From assembly GCA_963754315.1 (NCBI GenBank), contig CAVWFS010000007.1, positions 288,001 through 352,000 of the forward strand: a DNA stretch of 64,000 nt, in the 5' to 3' direction. Numbering within the stretch: the first letter of the stretch is position 1; each line of letters opens with the position of its first letter. The notes beneath the pieces were generated by a model. It was not told the DNA's origin. It worked only from the letters and a program-made list of their open reading frames with translations, and ran no database searches. Source of the stretch: an uncultured Candidatus Rokubacteria bacterium (GTDB lineage: Bacteria > Methylomirabilota > Methylomirabilia > Rokubacteriales > CSP1-6). Made by a program: the position numbers and the translations under genes. This document shows, in pieces, positions 29,789 to 40,364 of this stretch.

Positions 29789-30693
29789 CTCCGAGGCGCG
29801 AGGCGATCGAGGAAGGTCGCCAGGAAGGCCTCTCCGTCCACCTGCATGGCGGCTCGGCAGTTCGGGGCGCCCGGCGATCTGCGGGTCTCCCCGTCGGGCC
29901 CCACCTGCAAGCGCAGAGGTTCCCATTCGACGAAGTGTTCGACGACCGCGGTGCCCACCGCCAACGGGTCGTGGAGCGCCATGCCCGGCTGGCCGTGCGT
30001 CGACTCGGCGCGAAAGGCGCTCGCCGTGAACGCGGCGATCCATTCGCCGAGTGGCCTCGGGGCCGCCGCGAGCGCTGCCACCAACCGGTCACGGGTGAGG
30101 ATGACCTGGCGGGTGACATCGAGGGGAACGAGGTCGATCGGCAGCCTTGCCCCGAGCACATGCGCTGCCGCTTCCGGGTCGACGTGAATGTTGAACTCCG
30201 CCGTCGCCGTGACATTACCCGGAACGTCGACCGCGCCCCCCATGATCACGAGCCGGCCGATTCGGCCCATGGCCTCCGGATCGGCCCTGAGGGCCAGGGC
30301 AACATTGGTGAGGGGCCCCAGCGCAATGATGGACAGGGACGGTCCGTAGTGCCGGGCGATCCTGACCATCAGTTCGACGGCGCCGATGGACGTGGGAGCG
30401 ACGGCCGTCATCGGCCAGGTACCGGCATCGCCGAGACCGTCCTCCCCGTGGTAATGCGTCGCCGTCACCCCCGGCCGCGCAAGGGGCGCTGACGCCCCCA
30501 CCGCGATCACCGGCCTCGGCCGGGGTTGACGCAGGGCGACGAGTCGGCACGCATTCCGGGTGGCCAGCTCGACGGCGACGTTCCCTGACACCGTGGTGAG
30601 GGCATGCACCTCGAGCTCGGGCGACCCCCAGGCCAGAAGGAGGGCGAGCGCGTCATCGACCCCTGGATCGGTGTCAATGAGCACGGGTCTCAC
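29785..30693 (-). CDS. Inosine/uridine-preferring nucleoside hydrolase
   Basis: DTDPGVDDA, LGPLTNVA, AEFNIHVDPEAA, LHDPLA. Confidence 0.95.
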   Translation of the reverse strand: MRPVLIDTDPGVDDALALLLAWGSPELEVHALTTVSGNVAVELATRNACRLVALRQPRPRPVIAVGASAPLARPGVTATHYHGEDGLGDAGTWPMTAVAPTSIGAVELMVRIARHYGPSLSIIALGPLTNVALALRADPEAMGRIGRLVIMGGAVDVPGNVTATAEFNIHVDPEAAAHVLGARLPIDLVPLDVTRQVILTRDRLVAALAAAPRPLGEWIAAFTASAFRAESTHGQPGMALHDPLAVGTAVVEHFVEWEPLRLQVGPDGETRRSPGAPNCRAAMQVDGEAFLATFLDRLAPRS

Positions 30694-30783
30694 CAGCAGC
30701 CCTCCCGAGAATCTTCGTCCATGCTCATGCCATCGTAAGACCGCATGGTAAAATATGCAGTAGTCTCGAGGAGAGGAGACGCG

Positions 30784-31011
30784 ATGGATATCGAGATCCT
30801 GTACTGCGCAGAGTGAAACTACCTTCCCCAGGCCTCCAGTTTGCAGGCCGCCATCAAGGGTCGATACGGCATCACCCCCAAGCTCCGTGAAGGCATCGGC
30901 GGAATCTTCGAGGTGTTCCTGAACGGCGAAAGCGTGTATTCGAACCAGACGACGTACCGGTTTCCGTCGGACGAGGAGATCTTCGAGAAGATCGACGCCC
31001 TCAAACGGTAA
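30784..31011 (+). CDS. Rdx/SelW-family selenoprotein (in-frame UGA = Sec at 30814-30816)
   Basis: MDIEILYCAE(U)NYLPQASSL...GGIFEVFLNG...RFPSDEEI; CxxU motif; strong GAGGAG SD; downstream stem-loop. Confidence 0.88.
30831..30849 (+). other. Putative bacterial SECIS hairpin
   Basis: GGCCT-CCAGTTTGC-AGGCC, with the apical G 23 nt after the UGA. Confidence 0.55.
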
Positions 31012-32269
31012 GGCTCCGCTCTAGTTCTCCCCCGAACTTCGGGTGGGCGATAGCAATGAGCGCTGCCGCCCGCTCGCGCTCGCCCCGTCCCCTGAGCTGG
31101 GCCGTCCCGAACTCCGTGACGACGCTGTCGGCGGCGTAGCGGGGCGTGGTGACTGCAGTTCCGGTCGGCAGGCGCGCGACGATACGTGATACCGAGCCTC
31201 CCCGGCCCGTCGACGGCAGGGCGATGATGCTTCTCCCCCCTACCGAACGGGAGGCACCCAGGGTGAAGTCGAACTGACCGCCGACGCCAGCGACCTGACG
31301 CGTACCCAGGCTCTCCGCGTTCACTTGTCCGGTCAGATCGACTTCCAGAGCCGAGTTGATCGCAACGAAGCGGTCGATGCGGGCAACCACCTCGGGATCG
31401 TGCACGAACGCCGACGATTCCATGTTGACCATGGACTGCTCGTGGATGAACTCAAACAGGCGTCTGGTACCCATGGCCTCTGCAATGTCCATCCGGCCCC
31501 GGTGAAAGGTCTTGCGTGTGCAGGTGACGACACCACGCTCCACGAGCGACACAGCCGCGTCGACGAGCAAGGAGTGCAGAGCGAGGTCGCGGTGGTTTGT
31601 CAGTGCCTCCAGCACCGCTTGCGGAATGGCTCCCACTCCCACCTGGACGGTCGCCCCGTCCGGCACCAAAGCAGCCGTGTGCCGGCCGATGGCTCGCTCT
31701 ACCTCCCCGACCGGCGGGGGCGGGTACGGCACGAGCGGCGCGTCCGTCTCTGCCCATACGTCAATCTGGCTCCGATGGAGGAACGCGTTGCCGTGTGCTC
31801 GGGGCATCTGAGGATTGATCTGGGCGATGACCAGCGGAGCCTCGCGCGCCGCGGGAAGAACGATCCCGGTCGACACGCCCAAGCTCAGATAACCGCCAGC
31901 GTCGGGCGGAGCCGTGTGGACGACAACACAATCGGGTGCCCACCACCCGCCCCGTCCGAAAAGGGACACGAGGTCGAAGTAACGAACCGGGACGAACTCG
32001 ACTCGCCCCTCTCGGCGCGGCTCCTCCAGCAAGGGGGACATGTGCCAGGTGAGATAGCGGAGAGCCGCGTGCTCGGGCCGCGTCCACGGATAGTCGCCGA
32101 GGTGGATACCCCCCATCAGGGTGAGCCCGCTCAGGCGCTCGGCCTGGCGGCATATCTCGGCAACGAGGCTGACGGGTTCTCCGCACCCGGGCGGCAGCAG
32201 CACCCGCATCCCCGGCCTAAGATGACCCACCGCATCGGGTAGCGACGCCTTGACGAAGCGGCGGGCCAT
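31001..32269 (-). CDS. Acetyl-CoA hydrolase/4-hydroxybutyrate CoA-transferase family
   Basis: DGATVQVGVGAIP, INSALEVDLTGQVNAES, GGQFDF, VTEFG, IAHP. Confidence 0.93.
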   Translation of the reverse strand: MARRFVKASLPDAVGHLRPGMRVLLPPGCGEPVSLVAEICRQAERLSGLTLMGGIHLGDYPWTRPEHAALRYLTWHMSPLLEEPRREGRVEFVPVRYFDLVSLFGRGGWWAPDCVVVHTAPPDAGGYLSLGVSTGIVLPAAREAPLVIAQINPQMPRAHGNAFLHRSQIDVWAETDAPLVPYPPPPVGEVERAIGRHTAALVPDGATVQVGVGAIPQAVLEALTNHRDLALHSLLVDAAVSLVERGVVTCTRKTFHRGRMDIAEAMGTRRLFEFIHEQSMVNMESSAFVHDPEVVARIDRFVAINSALEVDLTGQVNAESLGTRQVAGVGGQFDFTLGASRSVGGRSIIALPSTGRGGSVSRIVARLPTGTAVTTPRYAADSVVTEFGTAQLRGRGERERAAALIAIAHPKFGGELERSLTV

Positions 32270-32296
32270 GGCGCCCTGACGGGTTACCATGACGAC

Positions 32297-32497
32297 ATGG
32301 ATCCTCGTCGCTGGCTCTGGATGCTTGCGCTCTTCGCTCTGATGGCAATGGGCTGCAGCAACGTCGTGGGCGACCCCGTTCCGCGGGCGAGCCAGGCTCC
32401 CAACGTCCGCTGCTTCGACCAACCTGCTGCCGGGTCTCCGGGCCAGGATCCCAACGCTCGTCCGATGTTCTTTCTGTTCTGCATGCAGAATCCGTGA
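32297..32497 (+). CDS. Small putative lipoprotein (66 aa)
   Basis: RR, hydrophobic stretch and AMGC lipobox; two further Cys; TACCAT 6 nt upstream. Confidence 0.6.
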   Translation: MDPRRWLWMLALFALMAMGCSNVVGDPVPRASQAPNVRCFDQPAAGSPGQDPNARPMFFLFCMQNP

Positions 32498-32537
32498 GCC
32501 TCGGCCGTCACCGGCTCGACCGGCGACGGCCCGCGGC

Positions 32538-34541
32538 CTAGGACACGCGCATGCGGCGCGATCGGACGAAGTCGACCAGCATGTACTCGCCGAGCCTGTC
32601 TGGCGTGGAAAAGAATGCCCGGCCCCGGTTGATGCGCGCCATCTCCTCCACGAAGGTCGTGAGCCATGGGCTCCGCTCGAGCATGAACGTGTTGATGGTA
32701 ATGCCCTCCCGCGTGCACCGCTGGACCTCCCGCAACGTCTCCTGGAGGGTCTCGCGCGTGGGCGGGTAGTTGAAGTCGGCCTGGCCGTTGCGCATGAGAT
32801 GCGCGGTCGGCTCGCCGTCGGTGATCATGAGAATCTGCTTGTTGCCGCCGGCGCGCCGAGCGAGGAGGCGTCGCGAGAGGAGAAACCCGGCGTGCATGTT
32901 GGTGCCGTAGTCGCAGTCGCTCCACGAGAGCCGAGGCACCTGGTTCGGTTTGACCTCGTGCGCATACATGGAGAAGCCGACGACGTGGAAGCTATCGCGC
33001 GGAAACTGACCGCGAATGAGGGCGCTGAGGGCCATGGCCACCTTCTTGGCGGGCAGGAAGTAGCCGTTGTTGAGCATGGAACGGCTCAGGTCCAGCATCA
33101 CCACCGTGGCCGATTGGGTGCGCAGCTCCGTACGGAAGACCTCGAAGTCGTCAGGCGCGAGCCTCACCGGCGTGCCGGATCCCGCCCGCTCGACGGCATT
33201 CATCACCGTCTCCTTCAGGTCGAGGAGGAAGATATCGCCGAACTCGTAGGCCTTCGTCTCGTCGGTCTGGTCTCCGCCCGCCCCCCGCCGATGAATGGCG
33301 TGGCCGCCGAAGCGATCGCGTTTGAGGTGCGCGAAGATATCCCTCAGGGCTTTGTCGCCGATGCGTCGAATCGCCTTGGCCGTGAGCTTGAGCTCGTCGC
33401 CGTCCCGCTCGAGATATCCCGCCTCCTCCAGCTGCTTGGTGACCCCCTGGAGATCCTCCAGTTCGCGCGCCGCCTCCGGACCCAGGAGCCGTTCGAACGC
33501 CTGACGATCGAGCTTCTCGATGTCGTCCAGGCTCTTCACGCCGCGCAGCTGGCGCTCCAGCTCGTCGAGTCGCTGGAGTTCCTCCATCAGACGCATGGCT
33601 TCTCGCAGGGTGACCGGATCCTCGCCGCGGAAATCGTACCCGCGACGCAGCCGGTCCATGGGGAGCATCTCCTCCAGGTTCGCGGCCAGCTGCGCTAGCT
33701 CCCGCTCGAGGCGCTCGTCTTGCCCGAGCAGGGACTGCATCATCTCCTGGAGCTGTCGACGCTGGTCGGGGGACATGCTCTCGAGCAAGGATTGCATCTG
33801 GGCCATCTGTCGGCCCATCTGGTCCAGGAGCTGGTCGAGATTCTCGACCCCGGGAAAGCTATCCCCCCATTTCGCCTTGAAATCCTGAAAGTTGGGGTCC
33901 CTTCCCTGAGCACGATCCTGAAGCATCCGGTTGAGGTCTTTCAGCATCTCGCGCAGTCGCTGCAAATCCTGAGGCCCCATTCCTTGCAGTGCCTGCTGCA
34001 TGCCCTGCATGAACGGCTTGAGCATCTGCTGTCGGAGCGACTGCATCAGCTCCTGAAAAAGTCGCCACGCTTCGGGATCCATGAACTCGTAGCTCTGGAG
34101 CTGCGTGATCCGCCCCGCGGGATCGGTGGGCAACTGGTCGAGCTTCTGCCGCCGCTGGGCGGCCATCTCCTGGAACTGTTGATGGGTCGCCTCGGGAATC
34201 TCGCCACGCTGCGCACGCTCCTGAGCATCGGCGAGGCGGCGTTCGATGCCCTCGCGCTCGGTCTTGACGATCGTGTCGAGCTTCTGACGGATGTCGTCGA
34301 GGGCGGAACCAAGGTCGTAGCGATCCAGCTCGCGCTGACGCCGTTGCCGTACGCGCTCGGTGAGCTCGCGCAGGCTCGGGAGTTGACCACGAACACCACG
34401 CTGGAACAGGCGGCGCAGCGCCTGCCATGGATCGCCGTCGGCCATCAATTCTTCCGACATCGCGTCGAGCAGATCGTCGCCGTCGAGGTCCCCGATCTTT
34501 TGCGAGCCGTCCCAGCGCGAATAGCGAAAACGGGTAGTCAT
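32538..34541 (-). CDS. vWA-domain protein with long helical N-terminus
   Basis: RYSRWDGSQ N-terminus; MIDAS motif DLSRSM, TNMH, ITDGEPTAH. Confidence 0.9.
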   Translation of the reverse strand: MTTRFRYSRWDGSQKIGDLDGDDLLDAMSEELMADGDPWQALRRLFQRGVRGQLPSLRELTERVRQRRQRELDRYDLGSALDDIRQKLDTIVKTEREGIERRLADAQERAQRGEIPEATHQQFQEMAAQRRQKLDQLPTDPAGRITQLQSYEFMDPEAWRLFQELMQSLRQQMLKPFMQGMQQALQGMGPQDLQRLREMLKDLNRMLQDRAQGRDPNFQDFKAKWGDSFPGVENLDQLLDQMGRQMAQMQSLLESMSPDQRRQLQEMMQSLLGQDERLERELAQLAANLEEMLPMDRLRRGYDFRGEDPVTLREAMRLMEELQRLDELERQLRGVKSLDDIEKLDRQAFERLLGPEAARELEDLQGVTKQLEEAGYLERDGDELKLTAKAIRRIGDKALRDIFAHLKRDRFGGHAIHRRGAGGDQTDETKAYEFGDIFLLDLKETVMNAVERAGSGTPVRLAPDDFEVFRTELRTQSATVVMLDLSRSMLNNGYFLPAKKVAMALSALIRGQFPRDSFHVVGFSMYAHEVKPNQVPRLSWSDCDYGTNMHAGFLLSRRLLARRAGGNKQILMITDGEPTAHLMRNGQADFNYPPTRETLQETLREVQRCTREGITINTFMLERSPWLTTFVEEMARINRGRAFFSTPDRLGEYMLVDFVRSRRMRVS

Positions 34542-34580
34542 GGGCCGACCCTACGCGAAGCGGCTCTCGGGGTCAAACTA

Positions 34581-34765
34581 ATGGGGGGCCTCGACGGCCC
34601 CCCAATCCCCCCACGCTCGGCACGCCCCGGGGGACCCGGGGCGCGCCTCGGGCACACGCCAGGTTCGGGGCCTCGACGGCCGCCGCCCCGCTCGGCACGC
34701 CCGGGCCCCCGCGCTCGGCACGCCCCGGGGCAACCCGGGGCGCACGCCTCGGGCACACGCCAGGG
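34581..34765. repeat. REP-like hairpin cluster, locus 3
   Basis: GGGGGGCC-TCGAC-GGCCCCCC plus repeated CGCTCGGCACGCCCCGGGG..CCCGGGG..CCTCGGGCACACGCCAGG units. Confidence 0.75.
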
Positions 34766-34811
34766 CGGCCTGCGCTGGAGACCGTCGCGGGAAGTGACGT
34801 ATGCTACCCGC

Positions 34812-36011
34812 ATGACTATCAATGCTCAGGCTCGCTTTCAGGATCTCTTGTCCAGCCGGGCGCGGTTGGCGCCGCCAGCGCCGGCTCGCCCGGTCTCCGA
34901 CCCGCTGTACGAGTTCGGTGCTGGCCAGCCCGATCCGGCCTCCTTCCCCTATGACGGATTGGCGGAAGCCACTGCTCGCGTGATGAGTCGTGAGGGCCCG
35001 GGAGCCCTCAGCTACGGCGAGTACCAGGGTTACCGCGGACTGCGCGAGCTCGTCTGCGAGAAGTACGAGCTGTTCGAGGGCCTGAAGCTGAGCCCGGACG
35101 ACGTCATCGTCGCGAACGGATCGGGACACGCGCTGTCATTGGCCTTCAGCGCCTTTCTCGACGTGGGGGACGTGATGATCTCCGAGGCACCCACGTTTTC
35201 TGGAACCTTGCACACCATCCGACGGCATGGACCGCGGGTGCTCGATGTGCCGGTGGACGATGAGGGAATGGTGACGGATGCCGTGCGCGAGCATCTCGTC
35301 CAGCTCCGTCGTGAGGGCCGGCCCTGCAAGCTCATCTACACCATCGTGAACTTTCAGAACCCGGCTGGCCCCACCCTTTCGCTTCAGCGGCGACACCAGC
35401 TGATCGAGCTCGCCCACGAGTACGACACGTTCATTCTCGAGGACGACGCCTACGGCGAGTTACGGTTCGAAGGCGAGGCGTTGTCCTCGCTGTACGCGCT
35501 GGATGACGGGGGGCGCGTCATCCGGGCAGGCACGCTTTCGAAGATCCTGGGGGCCGGCGTGCGCCTCGGCTGGCTCTGCGCGCCACGTCCTCTGATCCCG
35601 GTGCTCCAGAGCTTCCTGTTCGGCGGTGGGGTGAATCCGTTCATGTCGCGGGTCGCGGCGTTCTATCTGCGTGAGCATCTGGCTCCGCACGTGGCCGTCC
35701 TCGTCGATGTCTATCGGGCCAAGCGCGACGCGATGCTCGAAGGTCTGTGGGAGGTCCTGAAGGGCACGGACGTGGACATCAGCCACCCCGAGGGCGGCTT
35801 CTTCATCTGGATCAGACTGCCAAGTGGGACGAGCCACGCACGCTTGATGGAACTCGCCGTGCAGAGGCGCCTTCAGTACAGTCCAGGCCCTGCGTTCTTC
35901 ATCAACGGCGGCGGCGAAGGGTTCATCCGTCTCGCCTTCAGCTACGAATCACCCCAGCGCTGCCGCGAGGGAGCGCGCCTGATCGCGCAAGCCATCCTGG
36001 AGGCTCGATAG
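34812..36011 (+). CDS. PLP-dependent class I aminotransferase (LysN/AvtA-like)
   Basis: YTIVNFQNPAG, EDDAYGEL, GTLSKILGAGVRLGW, GGFFIW. Confidence 0.93.
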   Translation: MTINAQARFQDLLSSRARLAPPAPARPVSDPLYEFGAGQPDPASFPYDGLAEATARVMSREGPGALSYGEYQGYRGLRELVCEKYELFEGLKLSPDDVIVANGSGHALSLAFSAFLDVGDVMISEAPTFSGTLHTIRRHGPRVLDVPVDDEGMVTDAVREHLVQLRREGRPCKLIYTIVNFQNPAGPTLSLQRRHQLIELAHEYDTFILEDDAYGELRFEGEALSSLYALDDGGRVIRAGTLSKILGAGVRLGWLCAPRPLIPVLQSFLFGGGVNPFMSRVAAFYLREHLAPHVAVLVDVYRAKRDAMLEGLWEVLKGTDVDISHPEGGFFIWIRLPSGTSHARLMELAVQRRLQYSPGPAFFINGGGEGFIRLAFSYESPQRCREGARLIAQAILEAR

Positions 36012-36033
36012 ACCCCTCCCGGAACCTCCGCGA

Positions 36034-37072
36034 CTATTTCGGCCGGCGAGCGAGGTAGGCCCGGGCGCTCTCGTACTCGTCGACGCCGGCGACGGCAGTG
36101 GCGACCGCCTCTTTGAACATCCGCGCTGCCTCTGCACGATCACCCCGGAAGAGCATCTCGTGGCCGAGGTAAAAGTAGGCCTGGCAACGCTGCGTCCGTT
36201 GCACGGTGGAGCCGCCTTGGGGAATCATCGCCAGCAGCTCCTTCGGTTTCAGACGCCCCAGATACATCGCCACCACCGGCCCCGGCCAGCGCGAGAGATC
36301 GCGTGGGGCCGCTGCGGCCAGCCCGGGACGCCCGTCCTGCCTCAGATGCTCTCGCGCCAGATACAGGTAGAGCGCTGGCTCGACGGACTCTGGATCCAGT
36401 CCCGCCGCGCGGGTGAAATCCGGGACAGCGTCGGCGAACTGCTCCTGATCGAAGCGGGTGAGCCCGCGTCCAACGTAGGCATTCCGATCGTTTGGATTCA
36501 ATCGCAGCGCCTGGTCGTAGTCCTGGATGGCTCGAGCGTGATCCCCTCTGACCTTGTGCACATCTCCCCGCGCGCCATAGGCGGCCGCGAGACGCGAGTC
36601 GAGGCGGAGGGCGTCATCGTAATCTCGATGCGCACGCTCGATCTCTCCCCGCCGCCAGGCGAGCAGTCCGCGATGGTAGAGAGCAACAGAATCTTCCGGG
36701 GTTACCCGTAGGACCTCGTTGAAGTCCTCAAGGGCCATGTCATCCTGTCCGCGCTTCAGGTACGCGATGCCCCGGTTGAGCCGGATTTGCCCCTTGTCAG
36801 GGCCGAGCCGCAGCGCCTGCGTGTAATCCTGGATCGCCTGGTCGAGCTGCCCCTTGGCCTGATAGGCGTGGCCTCGGTTGGTGAAGGCCGCCGCACGTCC
36901 GAGCTCGGTCGTTCGATCTCGATGCGAGGGCGCTCGTGCAGAGCCGAATGGTCATCTCCGGTGGCCGCGGGGCAGGATCGAAACACTTCTGGGCTTCGTC
37001 GACGAATTGCGTCCACCCAGGCCTGGCCAGGGCAGCGATCAACAGCCCCATCACAAGGGTGACGATCCGCAT
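36034..37072 (-). CDS. Exported TPR protein (NlpI-like; frameshift near 36915)
   Basis: Signal peptide [14 protein letters not shown] repeats ([13 protein letters not shown]); CQAYFYLG C-terminus. Confidence 0.8.
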
Positions 37073-37177
37073 GCATCCTCCGCGCGCTCTCACGCCCCGG
37101 CGATTCGCCGTCCACGCGCCTCGGCGTATCATCTCACCGGCACCAAGCTCCCGCCCGGCAAGGAGGGCAAACGCGAT

Positions 37178-39178
37178 ATGGGAACAGCGGCCGCGAGGTT
37201 ACACGTCCCTTTTGAAGCCATCGTCGAGTCAGACCGCGCCGTGTGGGAAATCGAGACCGCCGGCGCCGGGCCGTCAGGGCGGTTGCCGCTCACGGCCGAG
37301 ATGCTGCTGGAGCAACCGAGCGGCGACATCTTTGGACTCACCCAGAATGCCGGTATGGGCTGGGACCCGCGCGAGTTACTTCGACCGCAGTTCCTGACCC
37401 TCAGCACCCAGGGAGGTGTCCGCGCTCCCGACGGAAGGCCTGTCGCCCTCGGCTACCACACCGGCCACTGGGAGGTCGGGCTCCTCATGCAGGCCGCGGC
37501 AGAGGAGCTTGCTCGGCTGGAATGCTTGCCCTTCGCCGCGTTCGTCTCCGATCCGTGCGATGGCCGCACCCAGGGCACGACCGGCATGATGGACAGCCTC
37601 GCCTACCGCAACGACGCGGCCCTGGTGTTCCGCCGACTCATCCGGTCGCTGCCGACCCGGCGCGGAGTCCTCGGGATCGCAACCTGCGACAAAGGCCTCC
37701 CAGCCATGATGCTGGCCCTGGCGGCCATGCGCGATCTGCCCTGTGTCCTCGTCCCCGGCGGCGTGACCTTGCCGCCGCAGGAGGGTGAGGACGCCGGTAA
37801 GGTGCAGTCGATAGGCGCCCGCTTCGCCCACGGAGAGCTCTCGCTGGAGCGCGCCCAGGAGCTTGGCTGCCGTGCCTGCGGGTCGCCCGGAGGGGGCTGT
37901 CAGTTCCTGGGAACCGCCGCCACCTCTCAGGTGGTCGGCGAGGCCCTGGGCCTGTCGTTACCCCACTCGGCGCTTGCTCCTTCTGGCCAGCCGATCTGGC
38001 TCGATGGAGCGCGCCGCTCGGCCCGCGCGCTCGTCAATCTGGATGCGCGGGGCATACCCACTCGAGAGATCGTGACGGCGGCGGCGGTGCGCAACGCCAT
38101 GGTCGTGCACGCTGCGTTCGGAGGCTCGACCAACCTTCTCCTCCACGTGCCCGCTATCGCCCATGCGGCCGGACTCCCGCGGCCCTCCATCAACGACTGG
38201 ATCGAAGTGAACCGCGGCGTGCCCCGCCTCGTCGATGCCATTCCCAACGGGCCGCACCCGACGGTGCGCGTCTTCCTCGCCGGGGGTGTCCCCGAGGTGA
38301 TGCTGCACTTGCGGAGGGCTGGTCTCCTGGATGAGCGCTGCCTGTCCGTCTCGGGCCAGACACTCGGACGTCTCCTCGATTGGTGGGAAGGCTCCGAGCG
38401 GCGCCAGGCGCTCCGGGATCGCCTGCGTCGCGACGGGATCGATCCCGACGACGTCATCATGAGCCCCGACCAGGCCCAGCGGGCGGGCCTCACCAGCACT
38501 GTGACGTTTCCCCGAGGCAATCTGGCCCCCCAGGGCTCGGTCATCAAGAGCACCGCCATCGACCCCTCCGTCGTCGATGCTGACGGCCTCTACCGCAAGA
38601 CCGGCCCGGCGCGAGTCTTCACAACCGAGCGGGCCGCGATCACCGCCATCAAGAGCCGTGGCGCGGATCGAATCAAGCCCGGCGACGTGCTCGTGCTCAT
38701 CTGCCGAGGCCCCATTGGGGCAGGCATGGAGGAGATCTACGAGATCACCGCGGCCTTGCGCCACCTCTCTTGGGGTAAGCACGTGGCGGTGCTCACCGAC
38801 GCCCGCTTTTCGGGCGTGTCCACGGGCGCCTGCATCGGCCACATCGGCCCTGAAGCGCTCGCGGGAGGGCCCATCGGCCGCGTGCATGATGGCGATACGA
38901 TCCGTATCGTCGTGGACCGCCGCCGTCTGGAGGGCACCATCGACCTGGTCGGAACGGGCGACACCGTCGTCGGGCCGGAAGAGGGTGCGCGCGTGCTCGC
39001 CGCACGTCCTCCTCGGGCCGATCTGGCTCCCGATCCCCACCTGCCGGACGATACACGCCTGTGGGCGGCTCTCCAGCACGTGAGCGGGGGCACGTGGGGA
39101 GGGTGCGTCTATGACGTCGATACGATTGCGACGGCCCTGCGAGGCTCTTCGGCGACGGAGCCACTATCGTCGCGGTAG
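37178..39178 (+). CDS. YjhG/YagF family D-xylonate dehydratase (IlvD/Edd family)
   Basis: [46 protein letters not shown]. Confidence 0.9.
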   Translation: MGTAAARLHVPFEAIVESDRAVWEIETAGAGPSGRLPLTAEMLLEQPSGDIFGLTQNAGMGWDPRELLRPQFLTLSTQGGVRAPDGRPVALGYHTGHWEVGLLMQAAAEELARLECLPFAAFVSDPCDGRTQGTTGMMDSLAYRNDAALVFRRLIRSLPTRRGVLGIATCDKGLPAMMLALAAMRDLPCVLVPGGVTLPPQEGEDAGKVQSIGARFAHGELSLERAQELGCRACGSPGGGCQFLGTAATSQVVGEALGLSLPHSALAPSGQPIWLDGARRSARALVNLDARGIPTREIVTAAAVRNAMVVHAAFGGSTNLLLHVPAIAHAAGLPRPSINDWIEVNRGVPRLVDAIPNGPHPTVRVFLAGGVPEVMLHLRRAGLLDERCLSVSGQTLGRLLDWWEGSERRQALRDRLRRDGIDPDDVIMSPDQAQRAGLTSTVTFPRGNLAPQGSVIKSTAIDPSVVDADGLYRKTGPARVFTTERAAITAIKSRGADRIKPGDVLVLICRGPIGAGMEEIYEITAALRHLSWGKHVAVLTDARFSGVSTGACIGHIGPEALAGGPIGRVHDGDTIRIVVDRRRLEGTIDLVGTGDTVVGPEEGARVLAARPPRADLAPDPHLPDDTRLWAALQHVSGGTWGGCVYDVDTIATALRGSSATEPLSSR

Positions 39179-39244
39179 GATGTGATGCCGCGCGAGGCCC
39201 GGCGCAATCCGACGATGATCCAGGCAGAGGAGGAACGAACGGTG

Positions 39245-40342
39245 ATGGGCGAGCGGTACGCAGACCATGCACGACTTCAGCAGCTGGTGAGCGAGGTATT
39301 CCGGCGCGGCGGGAGCACCGTCGAGGAGGCAGCGCTCGTGGCGTCCCACCTCGTGCGCGCAAACCTTGCTGGCCATGACAGTCACGGGGTCGGAATGGTA
39401 CCGACCTACGTGGCACATCTCGGAACCGGACACGTCGTGCCCAACACGCCGGCCAAGCTGACGCGCGATGACGGCTCCCTGCTCATGTTCGACGGCCAGC
39501 GCGGGTACGGTCGCCGTGTGGCCGGAGAAGCCATGGCCGCCGCCATTGCCCGCTGTCACCAGACTGGCGTCGTCGCGGTGACCCTCGCCAACGCCCACCA
39601 CATCGGCCGCGTGGGCGCCTATGGCGAGCTGACGACCGAAGCCGGACTGGTCTCGCTTCATTTCGTCAACGTCACCGACCACCGCGGCCTCGTAGCCCCC
39701 TTCCGGGGAAGCGACGCGCGGTTTTCCACCAATCCGATCTGCATCGCGCTACCCGGGACCGCCGCGCGGCCACCCGTGCTGTTGGACATGGCGACCAGCG
39801 AGATCGCCATGGGGAAAGTCCGGGTGGCTCGCAACGCACAACACCCAGCTCCAGCGGGCTCTCTGATCGATTCTGAGGGCCGTCCGACCACCGATCCCAA
39901 CGTGATGTATCAGGAGCCGTTCGGCGCGCTCCTCCCGTTCGGCCGTCACAAGGGATACGGGCTGGCCGTCCTGGCCGAGTTGTTGGCCGGAGGGATGTCC
40001 GGCGGCGGGACTATTCAGCCCGACAATCCGCGACTGGGCGGCATCGTGAACAATATGTTCTCGATCCTGGTGGATCCGATGCGCTTGGCGGGGATCGACT
40101 GGCTGGCGCGCGAGATTGATGGCTTCGTTGCCTACGTCAAGGACTCCCCACCCGTCGATCGCGGCGCCCCCGTCCTCGTCCCGGGGGACCCGGAGCGGAT
40201 GACTCGGGAGGAGCGACTGCGCACGGGAATCCCAATCGACGCAACGACCTGGGGCGAGATCCTCGACGCCGGCGAGCAAGTCGGCCTGGCCCGCACCGAG
40301 GCGGAATCCCTTGTGAGCGGGCGCCAGGGGGGTGTGCGATGA
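39245..40342 (+). CDS. Ldh_2 family (malate/lactate/ureidoglycolate, HcxB-like) dehydrogenase
   Basis: GHDSHGVG, HHIGRVG, STNP, LDMATS, HKGYGL; AGGAGG SD. Confidence 0.9.
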   Translation: MGERYADHARLQQLVSEVFRRGGSTVEEAALVASHLVRANLAGHDSHGVGMVPTYVAHLGTGHVVPNTPAKLTRDDGSLLMFDGQRGYGRRVAGEAMAAAIARCHQTGVVAVTLANAHHIGRVGAYGELTTEAGLVSLHFVNVTDHRGLVAPFRGSDARFSTNPICIALPGTAARPPVLLDMATSEIAMGKVRVARNAQHPAPAGSLIDSEGRPTTDPNVMYQEPFGALLPFGRHKGYGLAVLAELLAGGMSGGGTIQPDNPRLGGIVNNMFSILVDPMRLAGIDWLAREIDGFVAYVKDSPPVDRGAPVLVPGDPERMTREERLRTGIPIDATTWGEILDAGEQVGLARTEAESLVSGRQGGVR

Positions 40343-40364
40343 GTCGCGAAGGGAGCGTCGAGCC

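Noticed and set aside
30819..31004. 61-aa minus-strand ORF in the track
   Set aside because: It is the antisense shadow of the plus-strand selenoprotein, which has an SD and family motifs.
33720..34811. N-terminal extension making the aminotransferase a 763-aa fusion (similar extensions on cobS, gspE, aroQ, the xylonate dehydratase and the SDR)
   Set aside because: The extensions run antisense through neighbouring genes or through repeats, and homology starts at the downstream start codons.
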